64,000 nt of DNA from an uncultured candidatus Porisulfidus sp. (GCA_965116025.1 OZ220480.1:1696001-1760000); one strand, 5' to 3'. Positions 1-10,780 are shown, numbered from the stretch's first letter. Program-made: numbers and translations. Notes: generated from the sequence alone by a model not told the origin.

Positions 1-509
1 GTCATGCCATGCAAGGGAAAGCGCGAAGCCGCCAGTTGCTTTTGATCCAGACGATGCAGAAAATAGGTTTGGTCTTTTTCCTGATCCGCGGACAGGATCA
101 ACTCTGAGGCGCCTCCGCGGACTCGAATACCCGCGTAGTGCCCCGTGGCGATGCCTGTCGCTCCGCGCGTGCAGGCGTAGTCGAGAAAGGCGCGGAATTT
201 GATTTCCCGATTGCAGATAATATCTGGATTTGGGGTGCGCCCAGCTGAGTATTCGGCCAGAAAGCCCTGAAATACGCGATCCCAGTATTCGGTGGAGAAA
301 TTGACGGCACGAAGTTGGAGACCAAGCTTGTCACAGGTCGCTTGGGCATCCGCGAGATCCACCGCCGCGGCGCAGTACTCGTTAGTGTCGTCCTCTTCCC
401 AATTCTTCATGAATACGGCCTCGACATCGACTCCGCTTTCGAGAAGCTTCCAAGTGGCGACCGCGGAATCCACTCCGCCGGATAGTCCGACTAGGATTCG
501 CTCCGCCAT
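1..509 (-). CDS. mnmA: tRNA 2-thiouridylase MnmA (5' part; runs off the window)
   Basis: Hand translation from ATG at 509: [18 protein letters not shown]...FMKNWEEDD...[14 protein letters not shown]...ATGHYA...KDQTYFL, all MnmA signature motifs. Not in the ORF track because it is truncated by the window edge. Confidence 0.95.
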   Translation of the reverse strand, partial: MAERILVGLSGGVDSAVATWKLLESGVDVEAVFMKNWEEDDTNEYCAAAVDLADAQATCDKLGLQLRAVNFSTEYWDRVFQGFLAEYSAGRTPNPDIICNREIKFRAFLDYACTRGATGIATGHYAGIRVRGGASELILSADQEKDQTYFLHRLDQKQLAASRFPLHGM

Positions 510-521
510 GGCGGGAATCGT

Positions 522-965
522 TCAGGAAGAGATGAGAGAAAGTGGGTAGCGAGTTCCGCCCAAATAATCATCGACGCATTGGAGTACCATTGGACTGCGC
601 CGCTGGTGCTTTTTCAGGGCGGCGATCTCGTCGCGCGTCATCCATACGGCTCGAATGATCGTGTCATCCAGCTCTCGCTCGGGATATTCTTGAATCAGGC
701 GTCCACAAAACGCGCAGCGAAGATACATGTCGGACGAATTTGGTGGTTGATACTGATAGATGCCCACCAAAGCTTCTGGCTGGAAGTCCCAGGCCGCTTC
801 CTCTAGCGTCTCCCGGGCGCAACCCTGTGTCAGGGACTCGCCCGCGTCCAGGTGTCCCGCAGGCTGATTGAAGACTGTCGAGCCGCCGACTCGCTCCTCG
901 ACCAGAAGAAATCGGCCGTCCCGTTCCGCTATCGCGGCGACGGTCAGGTGATGCGTCCAATCCAT
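522..965 (-). CDS. nudJ: NUDIX hydrolase, NudJ-like
   Basis: Likely start MDWTHHLTVAA; Nudix box NQPAGHLDAGESLTQGCARETLEE; usual position upstream of mnmA. Confidence 0.85.
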   Translation of the reverse strand: MDWTHHLTVAAIAERDGRFLLVEERVGGSTVFNQPAGHLDAGESLTQGCARETLEEAAWDFQPEALVGIYQYQPPNSSDMYLRCAFCGRLIQEYPERELDDTIIRAVWMTRDEIAALKKHQRRSPMVLQCVDDYLGGTRYPLSLISS

Positions 966-1580
966 GGCGACAGATTGTACGGCACAGACATCTAGCCACT
1001 GGCGATCTCCGGCAAAAATTTGCTCAGACTTAAATCCAAGGGCATCTCGTATGGATAGTCGCCGTAGAGAATTAGACAGGACTATGTTGACGGGCTGGCG
1101 CTCGAATCCGTATAGGAGACGCGACTCCAGATTCTGGGGCGGGGAGCGGCGGGAGGGTGACATCTCGAATGTTGGCGCGAGTCCACGGCTCAGCGTCGCG
1201 CGCAAGTCCATGATTCTAAACGCGATCATTCGTCCTACGACAGGCGGAACGAAAAGTCAAGCGAAAACGGTCACAAAAAAGTGACCATTTATGCTTGCGT
1301 TTTCCCACGCTTTGGGGCATGGTCGGAGGCTCGCCGGATGGAGACCGGGATCCTCGCGCTCCGTCCTCGCCCTTATTACTTGGATCAGGAGATCTCTCAT
1401 GGAACATCATCAGCAACGAATTCCCGCCGAATCGGCTTCCGAGCGTCCGGCCCAACGGCCGCCAGGTTTCGATACAATGGAAGCGGAGAAGCAACTGACG
1501 AACGGAGGCTTCCAGGAGCGACAAGCCATGGCTATCGTCGAGACCATTTGAGACTCCCAGGCGGAACTCGCCACGAGGGA

Positions 1581-1630
1581 GGACTTGCTCGCGACGAGAA
1601 GGGACTTGCTCTCGACGAGCAAGGACCTGA
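1581..1630 (+). repeat. 21-bp imperfect tandem repeat (ggacttgctcNcgacgag), about 2.5 copies
   Basis: Copies at 1581, 1602 and partially 1623; encode DLLATRR/DLLSTSK heptads. Confidence 0.8.
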
Positions 1631-1758
1631 GAAGAGAAATAGAGGAAGTTCGAAAGGACTTGAAAGCCGAGATCGTAAAGCAGGGGCTTGAGCTTCGCAA
1701 CGAGTTTCGAGCCGAGTTGCATAGCGAGATTGGCGGCTTGCGCAAGGAGATGCGAGAT

Positions 1759-1821
1759 CAGTTCTCCGCTATGCAGCATCAGTTCTCTGCTATGCATGGT
1801 CAGTTCTCTGCCATGCAGGAT
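1759..1821 (+). repeat. 21-bp tandem repeat x3 (cagttctcYgcYatgca)
   Basis: Copies at 1759, 1780 and 1801 encoding QFSAMQH/QFSAMHG/QFSAMQD. Confidence 0.9.
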
Positions 1822-1924
1822 CGTCTCTCCATCATGCTCTGGCGCATTCTTCTTGGCTTCGGAGTGATCGTTGGCATTTTCGGAACCATCGTCGGAATCG
1901 TTTTCACGCTGGTTGGCGGGAAGT

Positions 1925-1949
1925 AAATCTTGGGCATGCCCAAGATTTT
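1925..1949 (+). terminator. Intrinsic terminator-like hairpin
   Basis: Perfect 24-bp palindrome aaatcttgggca|tgcccaagattt at the stop codon of the DUF1640-like gene, ending in a T run. Confidence 0.7.
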
Positions 1950-2323
1950 CGTTTGACTGCGTCGTTCCATTGATGACGGGAACGGAGCGCCGCTAGGCAC
2001 GTGAGGTATTTGAGCGAAGGCGGTGACGAACGAGACTTGAGTGGTTAGCTGGCGACGAGCCGGTGTTTGTTGGCACGTGGGCGTTGATCGCGAGCTGATG
2101 GCTAGTTTCCGTGATGGAACGCGGAGATGATCAAACTTCTTCGAAGTGGCGCTTGATCTTTCGCCATGGGGTTGGCCTTCGCGGCTAAGTCTACGCGGGG
2201 AGTATGCTAGAGTGAATTTTTTAGAAAACCGACTTTTGGCCGCGCATCGATGCTTGGCGAGAGGTGAGCGAATTTGATTGACCAAGACGTTCAGGAATTT
2301 CCGCGAGGCGCGGAGGAGGGCGC

Positions 2324-4594
2324 ATGAGCGGCGCGTTCAGCGAGGAATTCGAGAGGGCCTTGTCGGAAGTCTGGCAGCTTGCCCGGGACCGTGGCCACGG
2401 CTACTTGACTCTGGAGCATGTCGCGCTCGCGGTCCTGAGCGAGCCTGCCGCGCAGGGGCTCTTTCGGGAGTATGAGATCGCCCTGTCGGTTTTTCAGGAT
2501 GAGCTGCTCGAGTTCATTGATCGCCATACGCCTCGCGTCAATGGAGTGTCTCGGAACGTGGAGGAGACGCGCGGCGTTAGCCGCGTGCAGGCGCGCGCCC
2601 AGATGATTTTCGAGATTCCGACTGGCGTGCATGTTCTGGAAATGCTGTTCGAGGAGCCGCAGGCGCACGCGGTGCAGTTGTTGCGGAAGCATGGCCTAGA
2701 ACGCGATCAAGTGTCTCAGTTTCGGGCGCGGATGGATCGCGTCCGGTTCAGCGCGCGGGAACCAGAACGACGGAAGCTGTCTCGTCGAGGCGATTCCACG
2801 GGATCCCGGACGCGCTCGCGATTCTCGATTGAACTCTGCGTGACCGATCTGAACGCGCGCGCGAAAGCGGGCGAGATCGACGCGCTAGTCGGGCGGCGCG
2901 ACGAAATGGCCCAGATCATCCGGACCTTGGGCCGAAGACGGAAAAACAATGTGGTTTTAGTTGGCGAGGCGGGCGTTGGAAAGACGGCCTTGGCCGAGGG
3001 GCTCGCCTGGCGAATCGTTCAAGGCGACGTTCCGAAGAGTCTGACTTCCTCTACGGTGCTGTCCCTGAACGTTGGCAATTTGGTCGCGGGAACCCGGTTT
3101 CGTGGTGATTTCGAGGAGCGTTTGAAGAATCTTCTGGATGAGCTGAAGAAGCGTCCTGACGCGATCTTGTTCATCGACGAGATTCATATGCTTGTGGGAG
3201 CGGGGTCCGCCTCCGGCATGGCCATGGACGCGGCGGATCAGCTCAAGCCCGTGCTGATATCGGAGGGATTTCGTTGCGTCGGCGCTACCACGCACCGCGA
3301 GTTTCGACAGGTTTTTGAGCGCGACTCCGCGCTGGCGCGGCGCTTCCGCCGGATTGAGGTCGAAGAGCCGTCGATCAAAGAGACCTGCCAGATTCTCGAA
3401 GGCTTGAAAGAAAGCTACGAGAGGCACCATCAGGTGACGTACGACGAAAGCGTGATCCGGGTGATCGCGGAACTGTCCGCTAGATATTTGCACGACCGGA
3501 TGTTGCCAGACAAAGCGGTAGATCTGATGGACGAGACTGGCTCCGGCTGTCGCTTGGAGCCGAAAGCTCCGACTCCCTATGTTGTGCGGGCGCGGGACGT
3601 GGAGCGCACGGTCTCGACCATGGCGCGTGTTCCAGAGCGTGCCGTCAGCTCATCCTCGGCGAAAGCCGTGTTGAATCTGGACCAAAAGCTCAAGGCGTTG
3701 GTTTTCGGCCAGAATGAGGCGATCAGCCAGTTGGCCCGGGCGATCAAGGTGTCGCGGGCCGATCTGAAACCGGAACGGCGTCCGATGGGGGCGTTTCTGT
3801 TCAGCGGTCCCACCGGGGTCGGCAAGACGGAGGTTTGCCGCCAGTTGGCGGAGGCCCTGTCGGTGGAGTTGCTGCGCTTCGACATGTCGGAGTACATGGA
3901 GCGGCATTCGGTGGCGCGCCTGATTGGCGCTCCGCCTGGCTACGTCGGCCACGACGAGGGAGGCCTGCTGACCGAGGCGGTTTCGCGCCATCCGCACGCG
4001 GTGCTGCTGCTCGACGAGTTGGAGAAAGCTCACTCGGACGTGCTGAACCTGTTGTTGCAAGTCATGGATTACGGCAGGCTAACCGACAGCAATGGCCGGT
4101 CTGTGGATTTTCGGAACCTGTTGCTGGTGATGACCTGCAACGTTGGGGCTGGGCAGTCCAGTCGCGCCAGCATGGGCTTCACGCCGCAGGACCATGGGAG
4201 CGACATCTCGCGCGAGATCGAGCGGGCGTTCGCGCCCGAGTTTCGAAATCGTTTGGACGCGATCATCCAGTTCGCTCCGCTAGACGAGCAGAGCGTATTG
4301 GCCGTGGTCGGAAAGTTTCTGGGGGAGATTCAAGATTCCTTGCGCGAGCGTGGCATCCGGCTGAAAGCGGACGTTCGCGCCCGACGCTGGCTGGCCCGGG
4401 AGGGATTTGACCCTGTCATGGGCGCGCGGCGCATGGAGCGCGTCCTGCGGGACTATATCCGCGTCCCTCTGGCCGACTGGATCCTGGACGGAACGCTGGT
4501 CAATGGCGGGACGGTCCGCCTAAGCGCGAACAAGGCGGGACTGCGCGTCCACGTGGAGTCGGCGCGCGAGGACGTGCCGGAAACGGTTCGCTAG
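2324..4594 (+). CDS. clpA: ATP-dependent Clp protease ATP-binding subunit ClpA
   Basis: Two AAA+ modules (GEAGVGKT, FIDEIH; GPTGVGKT, RFDMSEYME, LIGAPPGYVG, LLDELEKAH), no long middle domain, MGF ClpP-docking loop, convergent with infA. Confidence 0.9.
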   Translation: MSGAFSEEFERALSEVWQLARDRGHGYLTLEHVALAVLSEPAAQGLFREYEIALSVFQDELLEFIDRHTPRVNGVSRNVEETRGVSRVQARAQMIFEIPTGVHVLEMLFEEPQAHAVQLLRKHGLERDQVSQFRARMDRVRFSAREPERRKLSRRGDSTGSRTRSRFSIELCVTDLNARAKAGEIDALVGRRDEMAQIIRTLGRRRKNNVVLVGEAGVGKTALAEGLAWRIVQGDVPKSLTSSTVLSLNVGNLVAGTRFRGDFEERLKNLLDELKKRPDAILFIDEIHMLVGAGSASGMAMDAADQLKPVLISEGFRCVGATTHREFRQVFERDSALARRFRRIEVEEPSIKETCQILEGLKESYERHHQVTYDESVIRVIAELSARYLHDRMLPDKAVDLMDETGSGCRLEPKAPTPYVVRARDVERTVSTMARVPERAVSSSSAKAVLNLDQKLKALVFGQNEAISQLARAIKVSRADLKPERRPMGAFLFSGPTGVGKTEVCRQLAEALSVELLRFDMSEYMERHSVARLIGAPPGYVGHDEGGLLTEAVSRHPHAVLLLDELEKAHSDVLNLLLQVMDYGRLTDSNGRSVDFRNLLLVMTCNVGAGQSSRASMGFTPQDHGSDISREIERAFAPEFRNRLDAIIQFAPLDEQSVLAVVGKFLGEIQDSLRERGIRLKADVRARRWLAREGFDPVMGARRMERVLRDYIRVPLADWILDGTLVNGGTVRLSANKAGLRVHVESAREDVPETVR

Positions 4595-4604
4595 GCGCCG
4601 GGCG

Positions 4605-4823
4605 TTATCGGGTACGGTAGACGATGCGTCCTTTGCTGAGATCGTACGGAGTCAGGGCCACCGTGACCTTGTCGCCCGTCAAGATGCGGATGTAATGCTT
4701 GCGCATCCTGCCAGAGATGTGGGCCGTCACGACGTGACCGTTCGTCAGCTCGACTCGAAACATGGTGTTGGGGAGGGTCTCGACGACCACTCCCTCCATC
4801 TCGATATGCTCCTCTTTCGGCAT
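4605..4823 (-). CDS. infA: Translation initiation factor IF-1
   Basis: [26 protein letters not shown]...[19 protein letters not shown]...[11 protein letters not shown]; AAGGA RBS before ATG 4823. Confidence 0.97.
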   Translation of the reverse strand: MPKEEHIEMEGVVVETLPNTMFRVELTNGHVVTAHISGRMRKHYIRILTGDKVTVALTPYDLSKGRIVYRTR

Positions 4824-4897
4824 GCTTTCCTTTGGAACGTTGGCACGCGCATTATCAGTCATGTCGGGCCGAATCCCAAATCCCGCGAGGCGACGCG

Positions 4898-5842
4898 ATG
4901 ACGTTCGCCTGCGCGTTCCCGGGGCAAGGCGCCCAGAAAGTCGGCATGCTGGCCGAGTTTTTCGAGGTGCGTCCCGAGGTTGAGGAGACCTTCAGCGAGG
5001 CTTCCGACGCGTTGGGCGAGGATTTGTGGAAATTGGCGAGCGAGGGCCCGGCCGAGCGGCTGGGCCAGACCCGGAACGCTCAGCCGGCGTTGCTGGCGGC
5101 GGAGATATCGATCTGGAGAATCTGGCGCCAGAGCGGAGGTCCGGCTCCCGCTTGCCTCGCGGGGCATAGCTTTGGAGAATACTCGGCTCTGGTGGCCGCC
5201 GAGGCTTTGGAGTTCTCCGCCGCCGCGCCACTGGTGCGTCGTCGGGGAGATCTGATGCAGCGCGCGGTCGGTGAGGGTGCTGGCGGTATGGCGGCCGTGC
5301 TTGGGCTGGAAGATGAAAGCGCGCGCGAGATCTGCGCGCGGATATCGTTGCCGAACGCGGTGGTCGAGGCCGCCAATTTCAACGCGCCAGGGCAGGTGGT
5401 GCTGTCCGGGCACCGGCAAGCGGTGGAACGGGCCGCGAAAGCTTGCCAAGAGGCCGGCGCCCGGCGCGCGGTGCTTCTGGATGTCAGCGTTCCCGCGCAC
5501 TGCGGCCTGATGCGAGCGGCGGTGGACCAATATGCGGAGGCTCTGGACGCGACGGCGTTCGCGCGCCCGAAAATCCCCGTCGTCAACAACGTCGACGCGC
5601 GTGTGGAAGAGGACCCCGTCCGTATCCGGGACGCGCTGCGTCGGCAGCTATTCTCGCCGGTGCGCTGGACGGATAGCGTGCGGGAAATGATGACGCGGGG
5701 CGTAAGCCTGCAGATCGAGATGGGACCGGGGAGGATTCTGACGGGGTTGGCCCGGCGCATTGACAAATCTATGCGCGGCCTCTGTCTTGAGACGCCGGAT
5801 GATTTGGAGCGCGCGCTGAAGGAGGTCGCGGATGAGGAATGA
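4898..5842 (+). CDS. fabD: Malonyl-CoA:ACP transacylase
   Basis: [33 protein letters not shown] motifs; start taken at MTFACAF. Confidence 0.95.
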   Translation: MTFACAFPGQGAQKVGMLAEFFEVRPEVEETFSEASDALGEDLWKLASEGPAERLGQTRNAQPALLAAEISIWRIWRQSGGPAPACLAGHSFGEYSALVAAEALEFSAAAPLVRRRGDLMQRAVGEGAGGMAAVLGLEDESAREICARISLPNAVVEAANFNAPGQVVLSGHRQAVERAAKACQEAGARRAVLLDVSVPAHCGLMRAAVDQYAEALDATAFARPKIPVVNNVDARVEEDPVRIRDALRRQLFSPVRWTDSVREMMTRGVSLQIEMGPGRILTGLARRIDKSMRGLCLETPDDLERALKEVADEE

Positions 5843-6569
5843 GAACGCTCTGGTGACCGGGGCCAGTCGAGGAATCGGCCAGGCCGTCGCGTTGGCTTTA
5901 GCGGAAAGCGGTGCCTATGTCACCGGAACCGCGACGACGCGGGAAGGGGCGCGACGAATCGATGATTTTCTAGAGAAAAAAGGCTTGCGGGGGATGGGAG
6001 AGGCCCTTCAGCTACAGGACGCGAGCTCCGTGAGCGAGTTGCTCGCGCGGCTGGCTGAGCGAGAGCGCATGCCGACTATCCTGGTGAACAACGCCGGCGT
6101 CACCCGCGACAACCTCCTCATGCGCATGAAGGACGAGGAATGGGACGAGGTGCTCAGCACTAATTTGAGCGGCGTATTCCGGCTGACTCGCGGTTGCTTG
6201 CGCGGGATGCTGAAGGCTCGACGCGGGCGCGTCATAAATCTGTCTTCCGTGATCGCCTTCACCGGCAATCCCGGCCAGACCAACTACGCGTCCACCAAGG
6301 CGGGACTGATCGGATTCACCAGGGCGCTGGCTCAGGAGGTTGGCGCGCGCGGGATCACGGTCAATTGCGTGGCGCCCGGGTTCATCGAGACCGATATGAC
6401 TCACGCGCTTCCCGACGAGCGGAGGGACGAGTTGCGGAACAGGATTCCGTTGCGACGCTTGGGCTCCGCCGCCGATGTCGCGGCCGCGGTCCTGTATCTC
6501 GCTGGAGATGGAGGAGAGTACATCACGGGGGAGACCCTGCACGTCAATGGAGGCATGTTTATGGGTTGA
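5832..6569 (+). CDS. fabG: 3-oxoacyl-ACP reductase
   Basis: [48 protein letters not shown]. Confidence 0.96.
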   Translation: MRNENALVTGASRGIGQAVALALAESGAYVTGTATTREGARRIDDFLEKKGLRGMGEALQLQDASSVSELLARLAERERMPTILVNNAGVTRDNLLMRMKDEEWDEVLSTNLSGVFRLTRGCLRGMLKARRGRVINLSSVIAFTGNPGQTNYASTKAGLIGFTRALAQEVGARGITVNCVAPGFIETDMTHALPDERRDELRNRIPLRRLGSAADVAAAVLYLAGDGGEYITGETLHVNGGMFMG

Positions 6570-6609
6570 TCGAGGCGCGGAGAGGCTTCGGGTCCACCGC
6601 GCCGGGTAT

Positions 6610-6618
6610 TGCTATAAT
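6610..6618 (+). promoter_or_regulatory. Extended -10 promoter element upstream of acpP
   Basis: TGcTATAAT about 90 nt upstream of the acpP start. Confidence 0.55.
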
Positions 6619-6709
6619 CCGACCCGGAATGTGGAATGGGACGCGCGCGCCGCGTCGCCCGCTTGCCGGCCTTCCGCGATTCGCCTATCAACTTGAGGAA
6701 ATAATCATA

Positions 6710-6952
6710 ATGAGCGACAACATCGAAGAACGGGTCATGAAGGTCGTTTCGGAGGGGCTGGGCCGTGACCGTAGCGAAATCGAGCTGTCGTCGGCGTTCG
6801 TCGAGGATCTAGGCGCCGACTCCTTGGACACGGTGGAACTGGTCATGGCGCTGGAAGAGGAGTTCGATCTCACGATTCCAGACGAGATGGCCGAGAACAT
6901 CAAGACCGTCCAGCAGGCGGTAGATTTCATTAAGGAAGGCTCCAGCGAATAA
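6710..6952 (+). CDS. acpP: Acyl carrier protein
   Basis: MSDNIEERV...[20 protein letters not shown]; GAGG RBS. Confidence 0.97.
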   Translation: MSDNIEERVMKVVSEGLGRDRSEIELSSAFVEDLGADSLDTVELVMALEEEFDLTIPDEMAENIKTVQQAVDFIKEGSSE

Positions 6953-7077
6953 CCCGGGAAAACCCCCTCCCGGATCTTTGATCAGGCCAGAACGCCGCTT
7001 CCCAGCTAGAATTCTGGCGAACCCCGCAGAGTCCCGACCGACCGCATTGTCGCCCATGACCCGCTCCCGATTTCCAC

Positions 7078-8319
7078 ATGACTCGGCGTAGAGTCGCGGT
7101 GACTGGCTTGGGGCTGGTCTCTCCGGTTGGCTCGACGGTTTCCACGGCTTGGGAGAATCTGACGGCCGGGCGTAGCGGCGTTCGACCTATCACCCGCTTC
7201 GACTCGGCTGACTTCTCCGTTCGCATCTGCGGTTCGGTGGTCGACTTCAACGCTGACGATTACATCGCTCCCAAAGAGCAGAAGAAGATGGACGTTTTCA
7301 TTCACTACGGGATCGCCGCGGCCGTGGACGCTTTGCGGGATTCCGGGTTGGACGTCACGGAAGAGAACGCGCCGAACATCGGCGTGGCGATCGGCTCCGG
7401 CATCGGCGGATTGCCATGCATCGAGAACAATCATGGAAATTTCGCGAAATCCGGGCCCCGCAAGATCTCTCCATTTTTCGTCCCCAGCAGCATCATCAAC
7501 ATGGTTTCTGGCGATCTGTCCGTCATGCTCAATCTCAAGGGTCCCAACATCGCCGTGGTCTCGGCATGCGCCACGGGCACGCACAACATCGGGCTGGCCG
7601 CTCGAGCGATCGCTTGTGGGGATGCCGACGTGATGGTGGCGGGAGGCACCGAGATGGCCACGAGCCCACTTGGCGTCGGCGGCTTCGCCTCAGCCCGGGC
7701 GTTGTGCGCGTCGCATAACGATGATCCGGAAACCGCCTCGCGCCCTTGGGACGCCGGACGCGACGGCTTCGTTTTGGGCGAGGGGGCGGGCGTGGTCGTG
7801 CTTGAGGAGTACGAGATGGCGAAAACCCGAGGGGCTCGCGTCTATTGCGAGGTGGCGGGATTCGGGATGAACGGCGACGCCCATCACATGACCCAGCCAA
7901 GCCCGGGAGGGGAAGGAGCGGCTCGCTGCATGGGCCGGGCCTTGGAAGACGCTCAGCTCTCGCCGGAAAGCATCGATTACATCAACGCGCATGGAACCTC
8001 GACCCCGGCTGGCGACAAGGCGGAGACCGAGGCGATCAAGTCCGTGTTTGGGCATCACGCGAGAACGGTGGCGATCAGTTCCAACAAATCGATGATTGGG
8101 CACCTGCTGGGGGCCGCGGGCGGAGTCGAGGCGGTATTCAGCGCGTTGACCATCCACCACCGCGTGATTCCCCCGACCATTAACTACGAAACCCCAGACC
8201 CTGATTGCGATCTCGACTACGTTCCGAACGCGGCTCGCGAAGCGCGGGTGGACGTGGTCCTTTCGAATTCGTTCGGCTTCGGGGGAACGAACGGCAGTCT
8301 GGTCCTCAAGCGCGTTTGA
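7078..8319 (+). CDS. fabF: Beta-ketoacyl-ACP synthase II
   Basis: [15 protein letters not shown] (catalytic Cys), [26 protein letters not shown]. Confidence 0.96.
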   Translation: MTRRRVAVTGLGLVSPVGSTVSTAWENLTAGRSGVRPITRFDSADFSVRICGSVVDFNADDYIAPKEQKKMDVFIHYGIAAAVDALRDSGLDVTEENAPNIGVAIGSGIGGLPCIENNHGNFAKSGPRKISPFFVPSSIINMVSGDLSVMLNLKGPNIAVVSACATGTHNIGLAARAIACGDADVMVAGGTEMATSPLGVGGFASARALCASHNDDPETASRPWDAGRDGFVLGEGAGVVVLEEYEMAKTRGARVYCEVAGFGMNGDAHHMTQPSPGGEGAARCMGRALEDAQLSPESIDYINAHGTSTPAGDKAETEAIKSVFGHHARTVAISSNKSMIGHLLGAAGGVEAVFSALTIHHRVIPPTINYETPDPDCDLDYVPNAAREARVDVVLSNSFGFGGTNGSLVLKRV

Positions 8320-8349
8320 GCGAGGCCCTATCCAGATCGGGCCCTTTCC

Positions 8350-9159
8350 ATGGTTTTGGTTGACGGCGTCGCGCGAAGCCAGGTCGACGCGCTGGACCGC
8401 GGATTGCATTATGGTGACGGGCTATTCGAGACCTTGGCCGTGTTCGCGGGAGAGATCCGATGCTGGGAGGACCATTGGCGCCGTCTCGCGGAGGGATGTC
8501 GACGGCTCGGCTTCCCTTGTCCAAAACGGGACGTTTTGGAGCGCGAAGTTCGCGAACTGGGAAACGTCGCGGATCGCAAAGTCATCAAGATCCTGCTTAC
8601 CCGCGGCTCAGGACCGCGAGGCTATCGGTCCCCGTCGAGGGTTGTTCCTCGCAGAATATTGATCGCGAGTGATTGGCCGGACTATCCGCCGCGATACGCC
8701 CGAGAGGGCGTGCGCGCTCGGCTGTGCCAAACCCGGCTGGGCCATAACCCCACGCTAGCCGGCCTCAAGCACTGCAATCGGCTGGAGCAGGTGCTGGCTC
8801 GGCAAGAATGGCAGGATGAAGCGGAAGAAGGGCTGATGCTGGACGTGGACGGCAATCTCGTGGAGGGAACCATGAGCAACTTGTTTCTGGCGCGCGGGAG
8901 GGCTCTGGTGACGCCGGATCTGAGTCGATGCGGGGTGGCCGGAGTGACGCGGCGACGAATCCTCGACCAGGCGCCCGGGCTGGGCATCCCGGTGGAAGTC
9001 TCGGAGATCACTCTGGAGCGGGCGCGCGAGGCGGAAGCCATGTTTTTATGCAATACTCTGATCGGCCTGTGGCCGGTTCGCAGTTTCGCGGGGCGCGAAT
9101 ATCCGGTCTCTGACTTGTTGCCAGTCTTGCGCGCGATCGAAGGGCTGGAAGCGCCATGA
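8350..9159 (+). CDS. pabC: Aminodeoxychorismate lyase
   Basis: DRGLHYGDGLFET, GLKHCNRLEQV, EGTMSNLF, GVAGVTR; conserved fabF-pabC-mltG-tmk-holB order. Confidence 0.93.
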   Translation: MVLVDGVARSQVDALDRGLHYGDGLFETLAVFAGEIRCWEDHWRRLAEGCRRLGFPCPKRDVLEREVRELGNVADRKVIKILLTRGSGPRGYRSPSRVVPRRILIASDWPDYPPRYAREGVRARLCQTRLGHNPTLAGLKHCNRLEQVLARQEWQDEAEEGLMLDVDGNLVEGTMSNLFLARGRALVTPDLSRCGVAGVTRRRILDQAPGLGIPVEVSEITLERAREAEAMFLCNTLIGLWPVRSFAGREYPVSDLLPVLRAIEGLEAP

Positions 9160-10154
9160 CCTCGCGTTATCTGCGCCTGGCCTGCATGTTGGCGTTTATC
9201 TCCACGGTCGCGCTGTGCGCGCACTTCTGGAACGCCTTGACTCGGCCCTCGATTCCAGCGGAGCGCGTGGTGGCGCTCACGGTCGAGAAGGGAGACAGTT
9301 TCACGCGGGTCGTGGACAAATTGCTCGAGCGAGAGGCCGTCGCTGGGCGGATCTACGCTTGGATCGCGGGGAAGGCGCTGGAAGCCGAGACGCGAATCAA
9401 GGCGGGAGAGTACGTTCTAGCGGGGCCAATGACGACCCTGATAGTTTTTCGGGAATTGATTGATGGGGGAGGGGTTTTGCATCGGCAGACTCTTTTCGAG
9501 GGTTGGACTATCCGCGAGATGCTCACGGCGCTCAAGAAGAATCCTGCCGTGAGGAATACGGAGAATCCTTTGACGCGACTCGGATTTTCCACAGTGGACG
9601 AGGCGGAGGGAGCCTGCCTTCCAGACACGTATAACCATTATCGGGGCGATCCGGACCACAAGATCCTGGAGCTGTGCGTCGCGGCGATGCGCGAGACTCT
9701 GGAAACTCTATGGGAAACTCGCGCTCCCGGCTTGCCGTACAGTGGCCCCCGGGACGCGTTGATCTTGGCATCCATCGTGGAGGCGGAAACCTTTCTGGAT
9801 GAGGAGCGTCCGGAAGTCGCGGGCGTTCTGGTTTCGCGCCTTCGCAAGAACATGCGTCTGCAGACGGATCCGACAGTCATCTATGGCCTTGGCTCGGACT
9901 TCGACAACAACCTGACTCGAAAACACCTTCGGGAGGATCCTTCGATCAATCCCTATAACACGTATCAGATTTACGGGCTGCCTCCAGGGCCGATCTGCAA
10001 TCCAGGCCGACGTTCTCTCGAGGCCGCGCTTCAGCCAGACCTGGAGACGGAGAACCTGTACTATGTGGCGGTCGGGGATGGTAGCCACTATTTCTCGAAA
10101 ACCTACGAGGAACACCGGAAAGCGGTTCGCAAGTACCAGTTGGGCGAGAGATAA
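9156..10154 (+). CDS. mltG: Endolytic murein transglycosylase MltG
   Basis: N-terminal TM; LILASIVEAET, MRLQTDPTVIYG, PYNTY..GLPPGPICNPG. Confidence 0.93.
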   Translation: MTSRYLRLACMLAFISTVALCAHFWNALTRPSIPAERVVALTVEKGDSFTRVVDKLLEREAVAGRIYAWIAGKALEAETRIKAGEYVLAGPMTTLIVFRELIDGGGVLHRQTLFEGWTIREMLTALKKNPAVRNTENPLTRLGFSTVDEAEGACLPDTYNHYRGDPDHKILELCVAAMRETLETLWETRAPGLPYSGPRDALILASIVEAETFLDEERPEVAGVLVSRLRKNMRLQTDPTVIYGLGSDFDNNLTRKHLREDPSINPYNTYQIYGLPPGPICNPGRRSLEAALQPDLETENLYYVAVGDGSHYFSKTYEEHRKAVRKYQLGER

Positions 10155-10780
10155 TGCCAAGAAAGCCTATGCTGGTTAGCCTGGAAGGCATTGATGGGGC
10201 TGGAAAATCCACGCATCTCCCGGCGCTCGTGGATTTGCTCGAGTCTCGCGGGATTCCTTGTCTGCCGACTCGGGAGCCCGGCGGGACGCGACTGGGGGAG
10301 CGCGTTCGGGAAATTCTGCTTTCCAAAGATTATGCTCCCTCAAGCGTGGAGGCGGAGTTGCTTTTGCTTTTCGCGGCGCGAGCGGAGCACGTTCACGCGC
10401 GCGTCAGGCCGGCCTTGGATAAAGGCTCATGGGTGCTGACGGACCGTTTTCTTGACGCGAGTTTCGCCTACCAGGGAGCGGGGCAAGGACTTGGCGTCGA
10501 GCGGGTCGGGGAGCTGGCTCAGTGGCTTCTTCCCGATCTCAGGCCGGATTTGGTTCTCGTTCTGGATGTCGACGTTTCCACGGCGCTGGAGCGCGTCCAG
10601 AAGCGCGAGAGGCGGCGAGACCGCTATGAAGAGAATGACGCGGAGTTCCTCTCTCGCGCGCGCCGATGCTATCTGGACCGAGCCGCGGCGCATCCAGACC
10701 GTTATCGAGTGGTGGATGCGAACCGCCCCGTGAATGATGTTCGCGAGGAGTTGTTATCGATCGTACGGGAAATGATCTGA
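10154..10780 (+). CDS. tmk: Thymidylate kinase
   Basis: EGIDGAGKST, TREPGGT, DRFLDASFAYQG. Confidence 0.96.
   Translation: MPRKPMLVSLEGIDGAGKSTHLPALVDLLESRGIPCLPTREPGGTRLGERVREILLSKDYAPSSVEAELLLLFAARAEHVHARVRPALDKGSWVLTDRFLDASFAYQGAGQGLGVERVGELAQWLLPDLRPDLVLVLDVDVSTALERVQKRERRRDRYEENDAEFLSRARRCYLDRAAAHPDRYRVVDANRPVNDVREELLSIVREMI

Larger units (their letters stand above)
1399..1926 (+). pseudogene. DUF1640/CCDC90-like coiled-coil membrane-anchored protein interrupted by an in-frame TGA (1549-1551)
   Basis: AGGAG RBS then ATG 1399. FDTMEAEKQLTNGGFQERQAMAIVETI*DSQAELATREDL matches the DUF1640 head pattern, followed by a heptad coiled coil and a C-terminal hydrophobic helix. ORFs 1291-1551 and 1585-1926 share one frame. 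Confidence 0.75.

Noticed and set aside
1269-1286. matS (MatP site) near the terminus
   Set aside because: Half-sites are in the opposite order and spacing to GTGACRNYGTCAC.
1549-1551. TGA as selenocysteine or evidence of genetic code 4/25
   Set aside because: The position is not Cys-like, no SECIS-like hairpin was recognised, and TGA terminates many conserved genes in the window.
6194-6709. Long N-terminal extensions in the ORF track (acpP here; likewise msrP, glyA, ribD, sdhD, exbD, zapE, nudJ, mobA)
   Set aside because: Longest-ORF artefacts that overlap upstream genes or intergenic DNA; starts were reset to family-consistent codons.
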